Under the pieces are notes generated by a model. That model was not told where the DNA came from. It saw nothing but the letters and a program-made list of their open reading frames with translations, and did no database searches. This document shows, piece after piece, positions 7,441 to 17,038 of a DNA stretch of 64,000 bases. Location of the stretch: the NCBI GenBank assembly GCA_050250255.1, contig JBFWOZ010000007.1:1-64000 (forward strand), given 5' to 3'. This DNA is from Bdellovibrionales bacterium (GTDB lineage Bacteria; Bdellovibrionota; Bdellovibrionia; Bdellovibrionales; DASUEL01). Numbering within the stretch: the first letter of the stretch is position 1; the number at the start of each line of letters is the position of its first letter. The translations under genes were made by a program, and so were the position numbers.

Positions 7441-9895
7441 CAGTTGTCATTGTTGATTTTGATCCAAGAAACTCTTCATCACTAAAGTCATCCACCTGAA
7501 TTGCTTGGTATCTTAAAGCTTCGGCATTGATTAAATCGTTCTGTTCTTCTTTGTTAATAATGCCCTTTTCGAGCGCCATGGTGATCAAATCTGCAATCTT
7601 CTTTTTGGGTAAGATCTGTTTTTTCACGGCATCTCGAACTTTTCTCTCGGCACCTTCCGCGCGTTTCACCACGGTAAATGTGTGATCAAGGCGACGGAGT
7701 TGTTGTTCGAGATCTTTCGGAATAAAGATGCCTTCGGTGATGCGATCGCGTTGTTCCGTATCACTGGTAATCAGTGTTGCAAGCTTATGTGTGTGGCTGT
7801 CTTGGCATTCACCAGCGAGAGTGTTCAAGCCTGACCACCAACGGATAGGACCACGGAAGAGCCATGTAAGACCTGGAACCGAGAGGTTCTCGAAAATTCC
7901 ATCAAATCCTTTTTGAATTTGGAAAAGAGAGTAGCTCATCGCGAAGTGAACATAAGGAAGATCTTCTTTTCTTGATCCATCAGCTTGGAAACGACGAAGA
8001 GTCGAAGTTCCGATGTACATCCAAGAAAGAATGTCAGCAAAGCGGCCGGTGATCTTTTCTTTTTGTTTTAAAGCCCCACCGAGTGAGCCCATCGCAATGT
8101 CAGACATAATCGCAAAACTTGCTGAAGCCCAGGAAAGTCTGCGGAAGTACTTAGCTGTGCTTCCACCAAATGGACTTACCGCAAGCCAACCGCGAGTCAT
8201 GCTCAAAAGAATAGAGCGGAACGTGTTACGAATAACGTGACCGATATGACCCCAAAAAGCATCGTCAAATGCTTTTACGTCATTCTTCTCAATGGCATTC
8301 ACTTCTTTGAAAGCATAAGGATGTGCGCGAAGAGCTCCTTGTCCAAAGATAATCAGTGTGCGAGTCATGATGTTCGCACCTTCAACGGTGATTCCAATGG
8401 GAGTGGAGATATATTGACCGGCGAGAAGGTTGCGCTTACCGCGAGTGATACCAGCTCCGCCAAGAATATCCATTCCATCATTTATAATTTTTCTTCCGAG
8501 TTCTGTCGCATTGTATTTTGCGATCGCTGTGATCACGGGGGGTTTAATTCCTTTATCAAGCGCACCGAGAGTGAATCTACGGAAAGCTTCAAGAAGGTAA
8601 GTAAAGCCCGCAATACGTGCGAGAGGTTCTTCAACCCCTTCAAATTTTGCGATTGGTACACCAAACTGTTTGCGAATTGCGGCGTGTGCGCTCGCGACAC
8701 GTGTTGTGAGCTTAGCTCCGCCAACGCTTTGTGCAGGAAGAGAAACCCCGCGGCCAGCCGCAAGACATTCCATCAACATGCCCCAGCCTTTGCCGGCTCC
8801 GTTGATTCCACCAACAATGGCGTCTACAGAAACAACAACGTTTTTACCTTGAGTTGGGCAGTTATAAAAAGGAACACCGAGGGGATCATGGCGTCGTCCA
8901 AGAACAACTCCTGGAGTGTTGGAGGGAATGAGAGCGCAAGTGATACCGATGTCTTCGCCCTTACCTAATAAGTTTTCTGGATCTTTGAGTCGGAAGGCGA
9001 GCCCAAGGACCGTAGAAATGGCGGCGAGAGTGATCCAACGTTTGTTCCAGGTGAGTCGCATGTAGAGCTTGCCGTCTTGTCCTTTAAAGAGAATACCTTC
9101 GGCTTGAATGGCGCCGGCATCACTTCCTGCAGTTGGCTCAGTTAAAGCGAAACAAGGAACGTCTTCTCCGCGTGCTAAGCGAGGGAGATAATGATTTTTT
9201 TGTTCTTCAGTTCCGTAGTGAATTAAAAGTTCGGCAGGTCCAAGGGAGTTAGGAACCATCACTGTAATCGCGGCAGGAATGCTGCGTGTGCTTAACTTCA
9301 TGATCACTTCACTGTGAGCCATTGCTGTGAATCCAAGGCCTCCATATTCTTTCGGAATAATCATTCCGAGAAACTTTTCTTTTCTTAAATAATCCCAAGC
9401 TTCTTTTGAGAGCTGACGGTTTTTCCAAACTTCCCAGTCGTCAATCATTTCACAGAGTTTATCCACGGGACCGTTAATAAATTTCTGTTCTTCTTCTGTA
9501 AGTGTTGGATAAGGCTCTTGCATCACCTTTTTAAAATTAGGTTTTCCTGAAAACAAATCGCTCTCTACCCAAACCACACCTGCTTCAAGAGCTGTACGTT
9601 CTGTTTCCGAAATGTGAGGTAGAAACTTTAATGCTTGAAGTGTTTTCATCACGCCGGAAGAAACAAGCATTGCTCTAAGAGGTTTAATATTAAAAACAAT
9701 CGCGATGGCTGCGAATGTTAAAAAGGCCCACATTGGAACTCCGATGCCGACAAAAACTGCCGCTAAGATCGCAGTCCAAATAATGAGCGGAGCTCCCATA
9801 AACCCTACGGTCAAAATGGCGAATACGGATGCCAAGATGTAGTATTGAAAATGTTCTCCGTAGAAGAAGCCCATAAATTGTTCAAAGTTTTCCAT
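7415..9895 (-). CDS. fadE: Membrane-anchored acyl-CoA dehydrogenase (FadE type)
   Basis: N-terminal TM segments; ISETERTALEAG, VPNSLGPAELL, CFALTEPTAGSDA, ITVEGANIMTR. Confidence 0.95.
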   Translation of the reverse strand: MENFEQFMGFFYGEHFQYYILASVFAILTVGFMGAPLIIWTAILAAVFVGIGVPMWAFLTFAAIAIVFNIKPLRAMLVSSGVMKTLQALKFLPHISETERTALEAGVVWVESDLFSGKPNFKKVMQEPYPTLTEEEQKFINGPVDKLCEMIDDWEVWKNRQLSKEAWDYLRKEKFLGMIIPKEYGGLGFTAMAHSEVIMKLSTRSIPAAITVMVPNSLGPAELLIHYGTEEQKNHYLPRLARGEDVPCFALTEPTAGSDAGAIQAEGILFKGQDGKLYMRLTWNKRWITLAAISTVLGLAFRLKDPENLLGKGEDIGITCALIPSNTPGVVLGRRHDPLGVPFYNCPTQGKNVVVSVDAIVGGINGAGKGWGMLMECLAAGRGVSLPAQSVGGAKLTTRVASAHAAIRKQFGVPIAKFEGVEEPLARIAGFTYLLEAFRRFTLGALDKGIKPPVITAIAKYNATELGRKIINDGMDILGGAGITRGKRNLLAGQYISTPIGITVEGANIMTRTLIIFGQGALRAHPYAFKEVNAIEKNDVKAFDDAFWGHIGHVIRNTFRSILLSMTRGWLAVSPFGGSTAKYFRRLSWASASFAIMSDIAMGSLGGALKQKEKITGRFADILSWMYIGTSTLRRFQADGSRKEDLPYVHFAMSYSLFQIQKGFDGIFENLSVPGLTWLFRGPIRWWSGLNTLAGECQDSHTHKLATLITSDTEQRDRITEGIFIPKDLEQQLRRLDHTFTVVKRAEGAERKVRDAVKKQILPKKKIADLITMALEKGIINKEEQNDLINAEALRYQAIQVDDFSDEEFLGSKSTMTTVTSTAKNG

Positions 9896-10169
9896 TTTTT
9901 TCCCTTCGCTTAAGCGAGCATGTCCACGATAAAATTCGGCAAAATCAGCGATTTAGTTAACTCTATTCTCTTTTAAATTCTCTATTACGGGAAGCTATTG
10001 CGATCTAAATCTTAAATTCTTCCCTAGACCTTTGTCTTCTTTTGTACGAGAGAAGCTATAGAAGTTTAGAAACTTTTTTTAGCCGAAAGTCGAGGTTGAT
10101 TTTTTTTTTAAATAAAGAGAGGCTGAAGAATAACTTTCTGAATCAATTGAAGAGACCGATTAACTCTGA

Positions 10170-11504
10170 GTGCATCAAGATATGGTAGATTTTGGCAAAA
10201 ACTGGAAAAGTGACAATATGTCCCCTCGTCGTCACAGGAGGCTAGGCCCTTCTTTGAGCCAGTCGAAGTTTTTTCTATGGTCTTTCGTACTTACAGTTTT
10301 TATTGGGAGCGTCGGCTTCTTTTTTTACCACGCAACCTCAGTAAACCTCAATCATCGTAAAATCTCAAAATTGATCGGACCAGCGATCGCCGCTAACAAC
10401 TGGCCAAAGACCGCAGTCTATTCTAAAGGAAACATCAAAACTTCCCTCAGTATTAGCTACACCACGGACGCTGTGAGCCAAGAGGCCATCCAAAAACTTT
10501 TTAATGCTTACAAGCCAGATTACGGCGCCCTCGTGGCAATGGATGCTGAAACTGGCCGCATTCTCTCCATGGTGAGTTACACACGTGACAATGAGCCCGT
10601 AGGTAATTTGTCTCTCAGAGCCACGTTTCCTGCGGCATCTGTTTTTAAATTGATCACCGCGACTGCCGCCGTAGAAAGCGCGCAACTGACCCCAGAGACA
10701 ATGATTGCGTTTAGCGGAGGTAGTCACACTCTTTACCGTCGTAACGTTTACGATAAAAAGATCAACCGTTGGACAAGAAATATTTCGCTGAAGCAAGCTT
10801 TCGCACTTTCCGTAAATACAGTTTTTGCTAAACTCGGTCTTGAGCATATGGCACCAAGCACTCTTGCAGAATACGCTCATCGTTTTAAATTTAACCAAGA
10901 CATCGATTCGGACATTCCGGTACAGCCAAGTGTAGCGAAAATTCCAGATGAAGCGACTTGGGAAATTGCAGAAGTGGCTTCAGGTTTCAACAAAGTGAAT
11001 ACCTTAAGTCCTCTTCATGGAGCGATGCTTGCAGCCGCCGTTGTAAACGATGGCGTGATGATGACTCCTTACCTTGTAGATTCCATGCAAAATGAAGATG
11101 GTGAAACGGTTTACTCGGGAGTGCCCAAAATAGATTCAGTGATTATGGAACCGAAAACTGCGGAGAAAATCAAAATCCTAATGGCAGAGACGGTAAAATC
11201 TGGAACTTCTCGTAAAATGTTTCGTGATCTTGTTCGTTCTCCGGCTTATGACCGCGTGTCTTTCGGTGGGAAATCAGGTTCGATGACAGGTCTAGATCCA
11301 CAAGGGAAAACAGATTGGTTTGTGGGTTATGCTCAAAGTGGTGATAGAAAAATCGCTGTTTCTGTAATGACCATTCATAAGAAGAATTGGACCGTGCGCT
11401 CGGCTTATCTTGTGCGCAGATACATCCAAAGTTATTTAGAAAATAACGGAGCGATACAGGCAGAAAGCAAGACCTCTCGCCGTTCTAAAAGAGATCGTAT
11501 CTAA
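10170..11504 (+). CDS. Penicillin-binding transpeptidase domain protein
   Basis: TM anchor; SxxK (ASVFK), SxN (SVN), KSG motifs; start uncertain. Confidence 0.9.
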   Translation: MHQDMVDFGKNWKSDNMSPRRHRRLGPSLSQSKFFLWSFVLTVFIGSVGFFFYHATSVNLNHRKISKLIGPAIAANNWPKTAVYSKGNIKTSLSISYTTDAVSQEAIQKLFNAYKPDYGALVAMDAETGRILSMVSYTRDNEPVGNLSLRATFPAASVFKLITATAAVESAQLTPETMIAFSGGSHTLYRRNVYDKKINRWTRNISLKQAFALSVNTVFAKLGLEHMAPSTLAEYAHRFKFNQDIDSDIPVQPSVAKIPDEATWEIAEVASGFNKVNTLSPLHGAMLAAAVVNDGVMMTPYLVDSMQNEDGETVYSGVPKIDSVIMEPKTAEKIKILMAETVKSGTSRKMFRDLVRSPAYDRVSFGGKSGSMTGLDPQGKTDWFVGYAQSGDRKIAVSVMTIHKKNWTVRSAYLVRRYIQSYLENNGAIQAESKTSRRSKRDRI

Positions 11505-12588
11505 CCTCTCGCGGTTCTTGCGTAGCATCTGTAATAACATCAAAATACAGTCGACCTATTTCACGTCCATCAGAAGTTTCCACTCGCACTTGCCAAGCGC
11601 CGGGCTGATAGTTTGATTTAAGAGCGTAGCCACGATATCCGGCATCACGGCCACCGGAAATCGCAAGCGGGATGATATCGGTATTAGCCCAACCATATTT
11701 AGGATCTTTAAAGAGCCAACGAATTTGAACTTTGTCACTGAAATGCGAAGGCGAAAACAAAGAAACGAAGAAGTAAATTTTGTCTTCGGGACGTGCCGAA
11801 AAAGTCTGTGCCCCCTTTTGCCAAAATCTCCACCAATCTCGATAGTAACCCATCTTGAATTTTCCATCACTTTTTTCTGCAGAATAATAAACACCGACGT
11901 CAGTGAGCGAAAGTGGAACTGGTGGAATCATTTGAAATATGTAGAGAAAAAGAAAGATCGCAAGTACCGCAACCGAAGGCATCGCAACTTCTTTGCGAAT
12001 AAAATTCTCATCAAATTTTCTGCGGCGTAGATGCCACACAAAAAGAGAGATGATCGAGATGCTTGCGAGAAGTGACAAAGTAAAAGGAAGAAGCCCGATA
12101 TGCCTTAAAAGAATTGGCATGAGATAAGAGAAAAAACAAGTGAGGCAAAGAGCATAGAGCGCGAACCGCATCATCAACCCGTACTTTTGAAATCTTGGAA
12201 GTTCATTCAAAATAAGTAATGCGGCAATGAGACCCACAAAAACAAAAGATGTAAAGAGCGATGAGCTTTTAAGAAAAAACAAAGTGTAAGTGCTCAGAAG
12301 GCTTCCGAAAAGAAAGTGTACGGCCATTTCACGATAGCCGAGGAGTTTTTGAACCCAGGGTGGCATTTGTAAACGATTAAACAGTTCATAGGATTCGGCC
12401 ACAAGAAGAATTCCGATGATGATTAAATAAACGGTTTGCTGAATCAGTGAAAAAAGCGAATCAATACGATCAAGAGTGATCACATCAAAAATGAATCCGC
12501 CAATAAAGAAAAGGGCGGGCACTTTGTGCTCATGTTTTTGATAGAAGCTCATCGCTTGTTGATGTTTTTCTTTTACAAAGTCCACCAT
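11485..12588 (-). CDS. DUF2914-family membrane protein
   Basis: GGFIFDVITLDRID, multiple TM segments, IPPVPLSL, GGRDAGYRGY, GAWQVRVET. Confidence 0.8.
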   Translation of the reverse strand: MVDFVKEKHQQAMSFYQKHEHKVPALFFIGGFIFDVITLDRIDSLFSLIQQTVYLIIIGILLVAESYELFNRLQMPPWVQKLLGYREMAVHFLFGSLLSTYTLFFLKSSSLFTSFVFVGLIAALLILNELPRFQKYGLMMRFALYALCLTCFFSYLMPILLRHIGLLPFTLSLLASISIISLFVWHLRRRKFDENFIRKEVAMPSVAVLAIFLFLYIFQMIPPVPLSLTDVGVYYSAEKSDGKFKMGYYRDWWRFWQKGAQTFSARPEDKIYFFVSLFSPSHFSDKVQIRWLFKDPKYGWANTDIIPLAISGGRDAGYRGYALKSNYQPGAWQVRVETSDGREIGRLYFDVITDATQEPREVRYDLF

Positions 12589-12755
12589 AGAATCCCTCAG
12601 ATGAATGAATAAGAAGTGCAGAAAAGATGCCACCAAGCATGGTCCTTTAAGGGGCTATCGAAGGCTGTCTTGGTAAGGAGTGACATTCAAGGGCACACAC
12701 TTTTTTATTCCTAAACACTAGAGCTTACATCAAATTCAATAGATTGAAGTTGGGC

Positions 12756-12771
12756 TGGAATGCTTATCGCA
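12756..12771 (+). promoter_or_regulatory. Sigma-54-like promoter
   Basis: TGGAATGCTTATCGCA, GG-N10-GC, about 28 bp before ATG 12800. Confidence 0.5.
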
Positions 12772-12799
12772 TTGCTTAGCTCTATTGGAAGAGGTGTTT

Positions 12800-13252
12800 A
12801 TGAAATGTTTTATGACTTTAATGGCTTTTGTTGTTTCGGGCTCAGCTCTTGCTAGTGAAGATCAAAGTCGATTTGAACAAGCTAAGGTTGGTGGATCTAA
12901 GTTTGTCACACCGCTGTCTTCTCTTATCTGTGAAAGAAAACATGAGAGCGGTGGTGTCCTGATAGAGCTTAAAAAAATAGCAGGTCAAACCTTTCATTAT
13001 AAAAAAATTGTTCGTAGCGGAGTGAGGGTGTACGGGGTCTATTTTCCAAAGGTTACTCTTATAGAAGATGTTGTGGAGTGCGAGCAGAATAAGGAAGATA
13101 GCGCGAAGGTTGCATGTCGCTCTCCAGATCGGTGGACCTCTGTCAGAACAAATGATCCAGAAACGAATGCACAGCAGATTCATGTCAGTACGGGCGATAG
13201 ACAAGAAATACGTATTGTAACATTTGAACGACGAGAGTGCTCTGTAAAGTAA
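12800..13252 (+). CDS. Hypothetical secreted protein
   Basis: GAGG SD, signal peptide ending ALA, conserved-looking Cys. Confidence 0.7.
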   Translation: MKCFMTLMAFVVSGSALASEDQSRFEQAKVGGSKFVTPLSSLICERKHESGGVLIELKKIAGQTFHYKKIVRSGVRVYGVYFPKVTLIEDVVECEQNKEDSAKVACRSPDRWTSVRTNDPETNAQQIHVSTGDRQEIRIVTFERRECSVK

Positions 13253-13273
13253 AATGGTTACGAAGCGGAATTA

Positions 13274-13738
13274 ATGAAAAGAGAGAAAATGCGTTTTGTT
13301 TATTTGCTTAGTTTATTTTTAGCTTCTGCGATCGGTGTCTCAGCTTCTGAGGCTCAGCAAGATACAAGTGTCTCTGCGGCAGCATTTTCACAGTTTTTGT
13401 GTGAAGAAAAGGAGGGTGAGGCGACGATTCTGAGAATTGAGCTTCGAAAAAAGTCAGAAAACGCCTACGTATTAAACCATCTTTTGCTTGTTGATCGTGA
13501 TGAAAAAGGAAATCTTTTGGAGCAACCCCTGGTGACCGACACCTCTCATCTTGTTTTTTGCCAACAAGATGGTCTAGATCCAATGAAGGTTCTTTGTAGC
13601 GGTACACAAGCTTACTTAAATTCTAATAATACATATACGAACCAAGATATTATTCACTTTGCAATTTCTCCCAAAGACCCTCGCATCTCTTATCGAGTTC
13701 TTCGGGCAGATTGCAAAATTCAAATGGACCTTAAGTAA
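13274..13738 (+). CDS. Hypothetical secreted protein, possible paralog of the upstream ORF
   Basis: Signal peptide; shared pattern L.CE...IEL.K...C.Q...KV.C...C-terminal C. Confidence 0.7.
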   Translation: MKREKMRFVYLLSLFLASAIGVSASEAQQDTSVSAAAFSQFLCEEKEGEATILRIELRKKSENAYVLNHLLLVDRDEKGNLLEQPLVTDTSHLVFCQQDGLDPMKVLCSGTQAYLNSNNTYTNQDIIHFAISPKDPRISYRVLRADCKIQMDLK

Positions 13739-13752
13739 AGGGAGATGGAGTT

Positions 13753-15384
13753 ATGATTTTTAAATTCACAGTCCCGATGATTGCGGTGATAACCCTAGTA
13801 GGCTGCCAAGCGCAGTTTAAAGCGGCGAATGGCCCCGGACAAACTTCCACGGTTGCTCCAGCGGCACCACCGCCACTTCCGACTCCTTATTCACAAAATC
13901 AGCAGCAACCTGCGGCAGCGCAAAATTCTGCGACTCCAGCGGCATCCAATAATCATTCACAAGAGCAACAACAAAACCCAATGCCTTCTAGAAACCAAAA
14001 CAATGAAAGACCTGTCCTGCACGAGGACCCCTATGAAATTAGCACAGACATGTCTCACTGCGAGCCCGATTGCGGGCCTTCGCGACCCCTTCCACAACCA
14101 ACAAATAATAAGCCTGTTGAAAATAAGAAGCCGCCTGTGGGAACGCCGATGATTATCAGCAAACCAACAAAGCCGCCGGTGGTTTTAATTCCGATGCCCC
14201 CTAAAACTCAACCAACGACACCAGCGCCTACACCGACGCCCGCTCCGGTGCCTACGCCGGCACCCACTCAAACTCAAAAGCCACAACCTAAAGGAACATT
14301 GATCAACATAGGTCAGCCACGGCAAGTCACCCTAATTCCTATGCCAAAAAAACTTGAGAGCGATGTTGGTTGTAACAAAAAAACAATTCAGCAACCTCAG
14401 CTAAAGTTAAAGAAGCTCGATCTCCTTTTTGTTCTCGATACATCAAACTCACTTTTTAAAGAGCGAGGCGCTGTGGCCGAAGGAATTGATCAATTCATTT
14501 CTAAGCTCCCGGCGGATATTGATTTTCGTATTGGAGTGATGGCGGGTCATGGAAGCAAAAGCACGCTTACAGGCCAACTCTATAAAAAAGCGAGTAGTTC
14601 GGAGCCGTTAGTGCTTAACTCCTCGGAGCTTTCTTCGCAGCAGTTACGACTCACACTCAAAGATAAACTCACGCAAATTCCCGGGGATCGCCTTTCTGAT
14701 GGTGGCGAGATGAGCATGTATTCTCTGAATAAAGCTTTTGATACTATGAATGTTTCAAAAATGAAATCGGCTGGTTTTTTAAGAGAAGACGCGGCGCTTG
14801 CGGTGATTTTTTTTGCAGATGAAAACGATATTTGTGCTCAATATCCTTCGGGAGTGAAACCTAAAATCGATAAACAAGGACAAGAAAATCTGATTAAAAA
14901 ATCAGGTGTGTGCACGGGCATCACGGCTCTTGGTATCGTAAAGAAGATTCAGTCTGTAAAAGGAAAACAGCCAGTAGCTCTTAACGGAATTCTCTATACG
15001 GATGACCGTACAATCAAAAACCATGATCGTAGCGATGCCTGGTCAGAAGAGAACGAAGTGGGTTACGGATACACGGACATGATTCGTTTAAGTAACGGGA
15101 TTGTCGTAGACCTCGCAAAAGGAAACTATGCCGAGGCACTTTCAAAAATTGGCGAAAAGGTAAATATGAAGCTTTCGACTTCGCTTGAGATTCCTTTGGC
15201 CGCGAGATCAAAAGACTACAGCATCCGTGTGGAAAGCGTGACAATGAATGGTCAAGAATTGCCACGGGTCGGTTACGAAAAAGAAAACGGTTACAATCAC
15301 GCGCAAGAATTAGAAAGCGTTCACTTGCTCTCGGGTAGTCCGGGAGCTATGGTTGAAATCGAATATTGCGAGCAAGCAAATTAA
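13753..15384 (+). CDS. Lipoprotein with Pro/Gln-rich stalk and VWA domain
   Basis: Lipobox LVGC; PT/PAP repeats; MIDAS-like DLLFVLDTSNS; FLREDAALAVIFFADEND. Confidence 0.85.
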   Translation: MIFKFTVPMIAVITLVGCQAQFKAANGPGQTSTVAPAAPPPLPTPYSQNQQQPAAAQNSATPAASNNHSQEQQQNPMPSRNQNNERPVLHEDPYEISTDMSHCEPDCGPSRPLPQPTNNKPVENKKPPVGTPMIISKPTKPPVVLIPMPPKTQPTTPAPTPTPAPVPTPAPTQTQKPQPKGTLINIGQPRQVTLIPMPKKLESDVGCNKKTIQQPQLKLKKLDLLFVLDTSNSLFKERGAVAEGIDQFISKLPADIDFRIGVMAGHGSKSTLTGQLYKKASSSEPLVLNSSELSSQQLRLTLKDKLTQIPGDRLSDGGEMSMYSLNKAFDTMNVSKMKSAGFLREDAALAVIFFADENDICAQYPSGVKPKIDKQGQENLIKKSGVCTGITALGIVKKIQSVKGKQPVALNGILYTDDRTIKNHDRSDAWSEENEVGYGYTDMIRLSNGIVVDLAKGNYAEALSKIGEKVNMKLSTSLEIPLAARSKDYSIRVESVTMNGQELPRVGYEKENGYNHAQELESVHLLSGSPGAMVEIEYCEQAN

Positions 15385-15573
15385 TCACCATTTTGATTTA
15401 AAAAGCTTCGCCTGCTTACGGTAAACGTAGCGGGCGTGCGCGATATAGCTAGCGCACATTAAGAGCGTCAGCGAGGATGCGAAAAGTAAACCCGATTTTT
15501 GTTGAGTCGTAATGGCATAAAGCGCAAACCCTAGTAGCATCCAAGGCTTCATTTCGTACATCGACTTTTCCAA
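15385..15573 (-). CDS. Small membrane protein (hypothetical)
   Basis: Two hydrophobic segments; fills intergenic gap; GGGGG upstream. Confidence 0.4.
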   Translation of the reverse strand: MEKSMYEMKPWMLLGFALYAITTQQKSGLLFASSLTLLMCASYIAHARYVYRKQAKLFKSKW

Positions 15574-15755
15574 GAATTCCCCCTGTTCATTTTTTTGATA
15601 ACAACTGGTCTCTAGGCACCTGTTCTACGAAAAGGTTGCGTTTGACGACCCCATACCCTTCATAATTCAAAGTGTATTCCAAGGAATGCGTCTCAAAACG
15701 AGACACGGGGCTCCTTTGGTTGAGAAGCGTCCTGCTTTTCGCTATTTTGATAGAT

Positions 15756-16370
15756 ATGAAAAGTCTTTTTTTAAGTTTTACTCTTTTGTTTTGTTCTTTC
15801 CAGCTTGAAGCCGCAAAGCCGAGTGTTCCCGTAAAGGTTGTTGTACTCGGTGATTCCCTCACGGAAGGATATGGATTAGATAAAGACCAAGCCTTCCCCG
15901 CACTTGTTGAAAAGAAGTTTCTCGACCGTGGGAAAAAAGTGGAAGTGATCAATGCCGGCGTGAGTGGTTCTACTTCAGCTGGTGGGCTTTCTCGCGTCGC
16001 TTGGGTTATGAAATCTAAACCTCAATTTGTTGTAGTGGCACTTGGCTCTAATGATGGCTTGAGAGGTTTAGATGTTAGCGCCTGTAAAAAAAATATTAAA
16101 GAAATTATTCAACGGGTTCGAGCTGACGGTGCCACTCCTCTTCTTATCGGTATGAAAGTGCCGCCCAACTATGGAGTAGAATACACGAAAAAATTTGAGA
16201 ATATTTTTTTGGAACTCTCAGCGGAGGAAAAAGTACCATTGCTTCCATTTTTGCTTTTAGGGGTTGCAGGTCAGCCAAAATATAATCTTCCCGATGCCAT
16301 TCATCCCAACAAAGAAGGTCATAAAATTTTAGCCGAAACGGTCTATCAATTTTTAGAGAAAAATATATGA
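15756..16370 (+). CDS. tesA: Arylesterase/thioesterase (SGNH, TesA-like)
   Basis: GDSL, NAGVSG, GSNDG, DAIHP; signal peptide. Confidence 0.92.
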   Translation: MKSLFLSFTLLFCSFQLEAAKPSVPVKVVVLGDSLTEGYGLDKDQAFPALVEKKFLDRGKKVEVINAGVSGSTSAGGLSRVAWVMKSKPQFVVVALGSNDGLRGLDVSACKKNIKEIIQRVRADGATPLLIGMKVPPNYGVEYTKKFENIFLELSAEEKVPLLPFLLLGVAGQPKYNLPDAIHPNKEGHKILAETVYQFLEKNI

Positions 16371-17038
16371 ACTCGGATCTTCTCCTTCAAGTTCGCTCTG
16401 TGTCTAAATCCTTTGTTCAAGGTACAAATCGCATTGAAGTTTTAAAAAATTTAGAACTTTCTGTGCGCAAAGGAGAAACCGTTGCCATTCTTGGTGAGTC
16501 AGGAAGCGGAAAGTCCACGCTTTTGTCACTCCTGGCGGGCTTAGACAAACCAGATAAGGGAAATATTCTCATCGACAGTTTTGATATTAGTCAAATGAGC
16601 GAAGCGGAACTAACCAATGTGAGGGGACAGCTTTTAGGTATGGTGTTTCAGCAATACCATCTTATCCCAAGCCTCAATGCTTTAGAAAACATTAGCCTCC
16701 CTCTTGATATTCAAAAACAGGTGGATGCGGAAGTCCGTTCAAAAAATGCCTTGGCGCAGGTGGGTCTTTCTCATCGAGCGTCGCATCTTCCGCATCAGAT
16801 GAGTGGGGGAGAATGTCAAAGAGTGGCGATTGCTCGGGCGATTGTACCACGCCCTCTTCTTTTGTTGGCCGATGAGCCCTCAGGAAATTTAGATGTGAAC
16901 ACCGGAACCCATGTTCTTGATATGATGTTTGACATCATTAAAACAAATCACATGACGGCACTTTTTGTCACCCATAGTGAAGAAGTCGCCAGACGATGTC
17001 AGCGCCGCGTACATTTGAAAAATGGCCAATTAGTATGA
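16367..17038 (+). CDS. ybbA: ABC transporter ATP-binding protein (YbbA/LolD-like)
   Basis: GESGSGKS, MSGGECQR, LLADEP; sits between tesA and the permease. Confidence 0.88.
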   Translation: MNSDLLLQVRSVSKSFVQGTNRIEVLKNLELSVRKGETVAILGESGSGKSTLLSLLAGLDKPDKGNILIDSFDISQMSEAELTNVRGQLLGMVFQQYHLIPSLNALENISLPLDIQKQVDAEVRSKNALAQVGLSHRASHLPHQMSGGECQRVAIARAIVPRPLLLLADEPSGNLDVNTGTHVLDMMFDIIKTNHMTALFVTHSEEVARRCQRRVHLKNGQLV

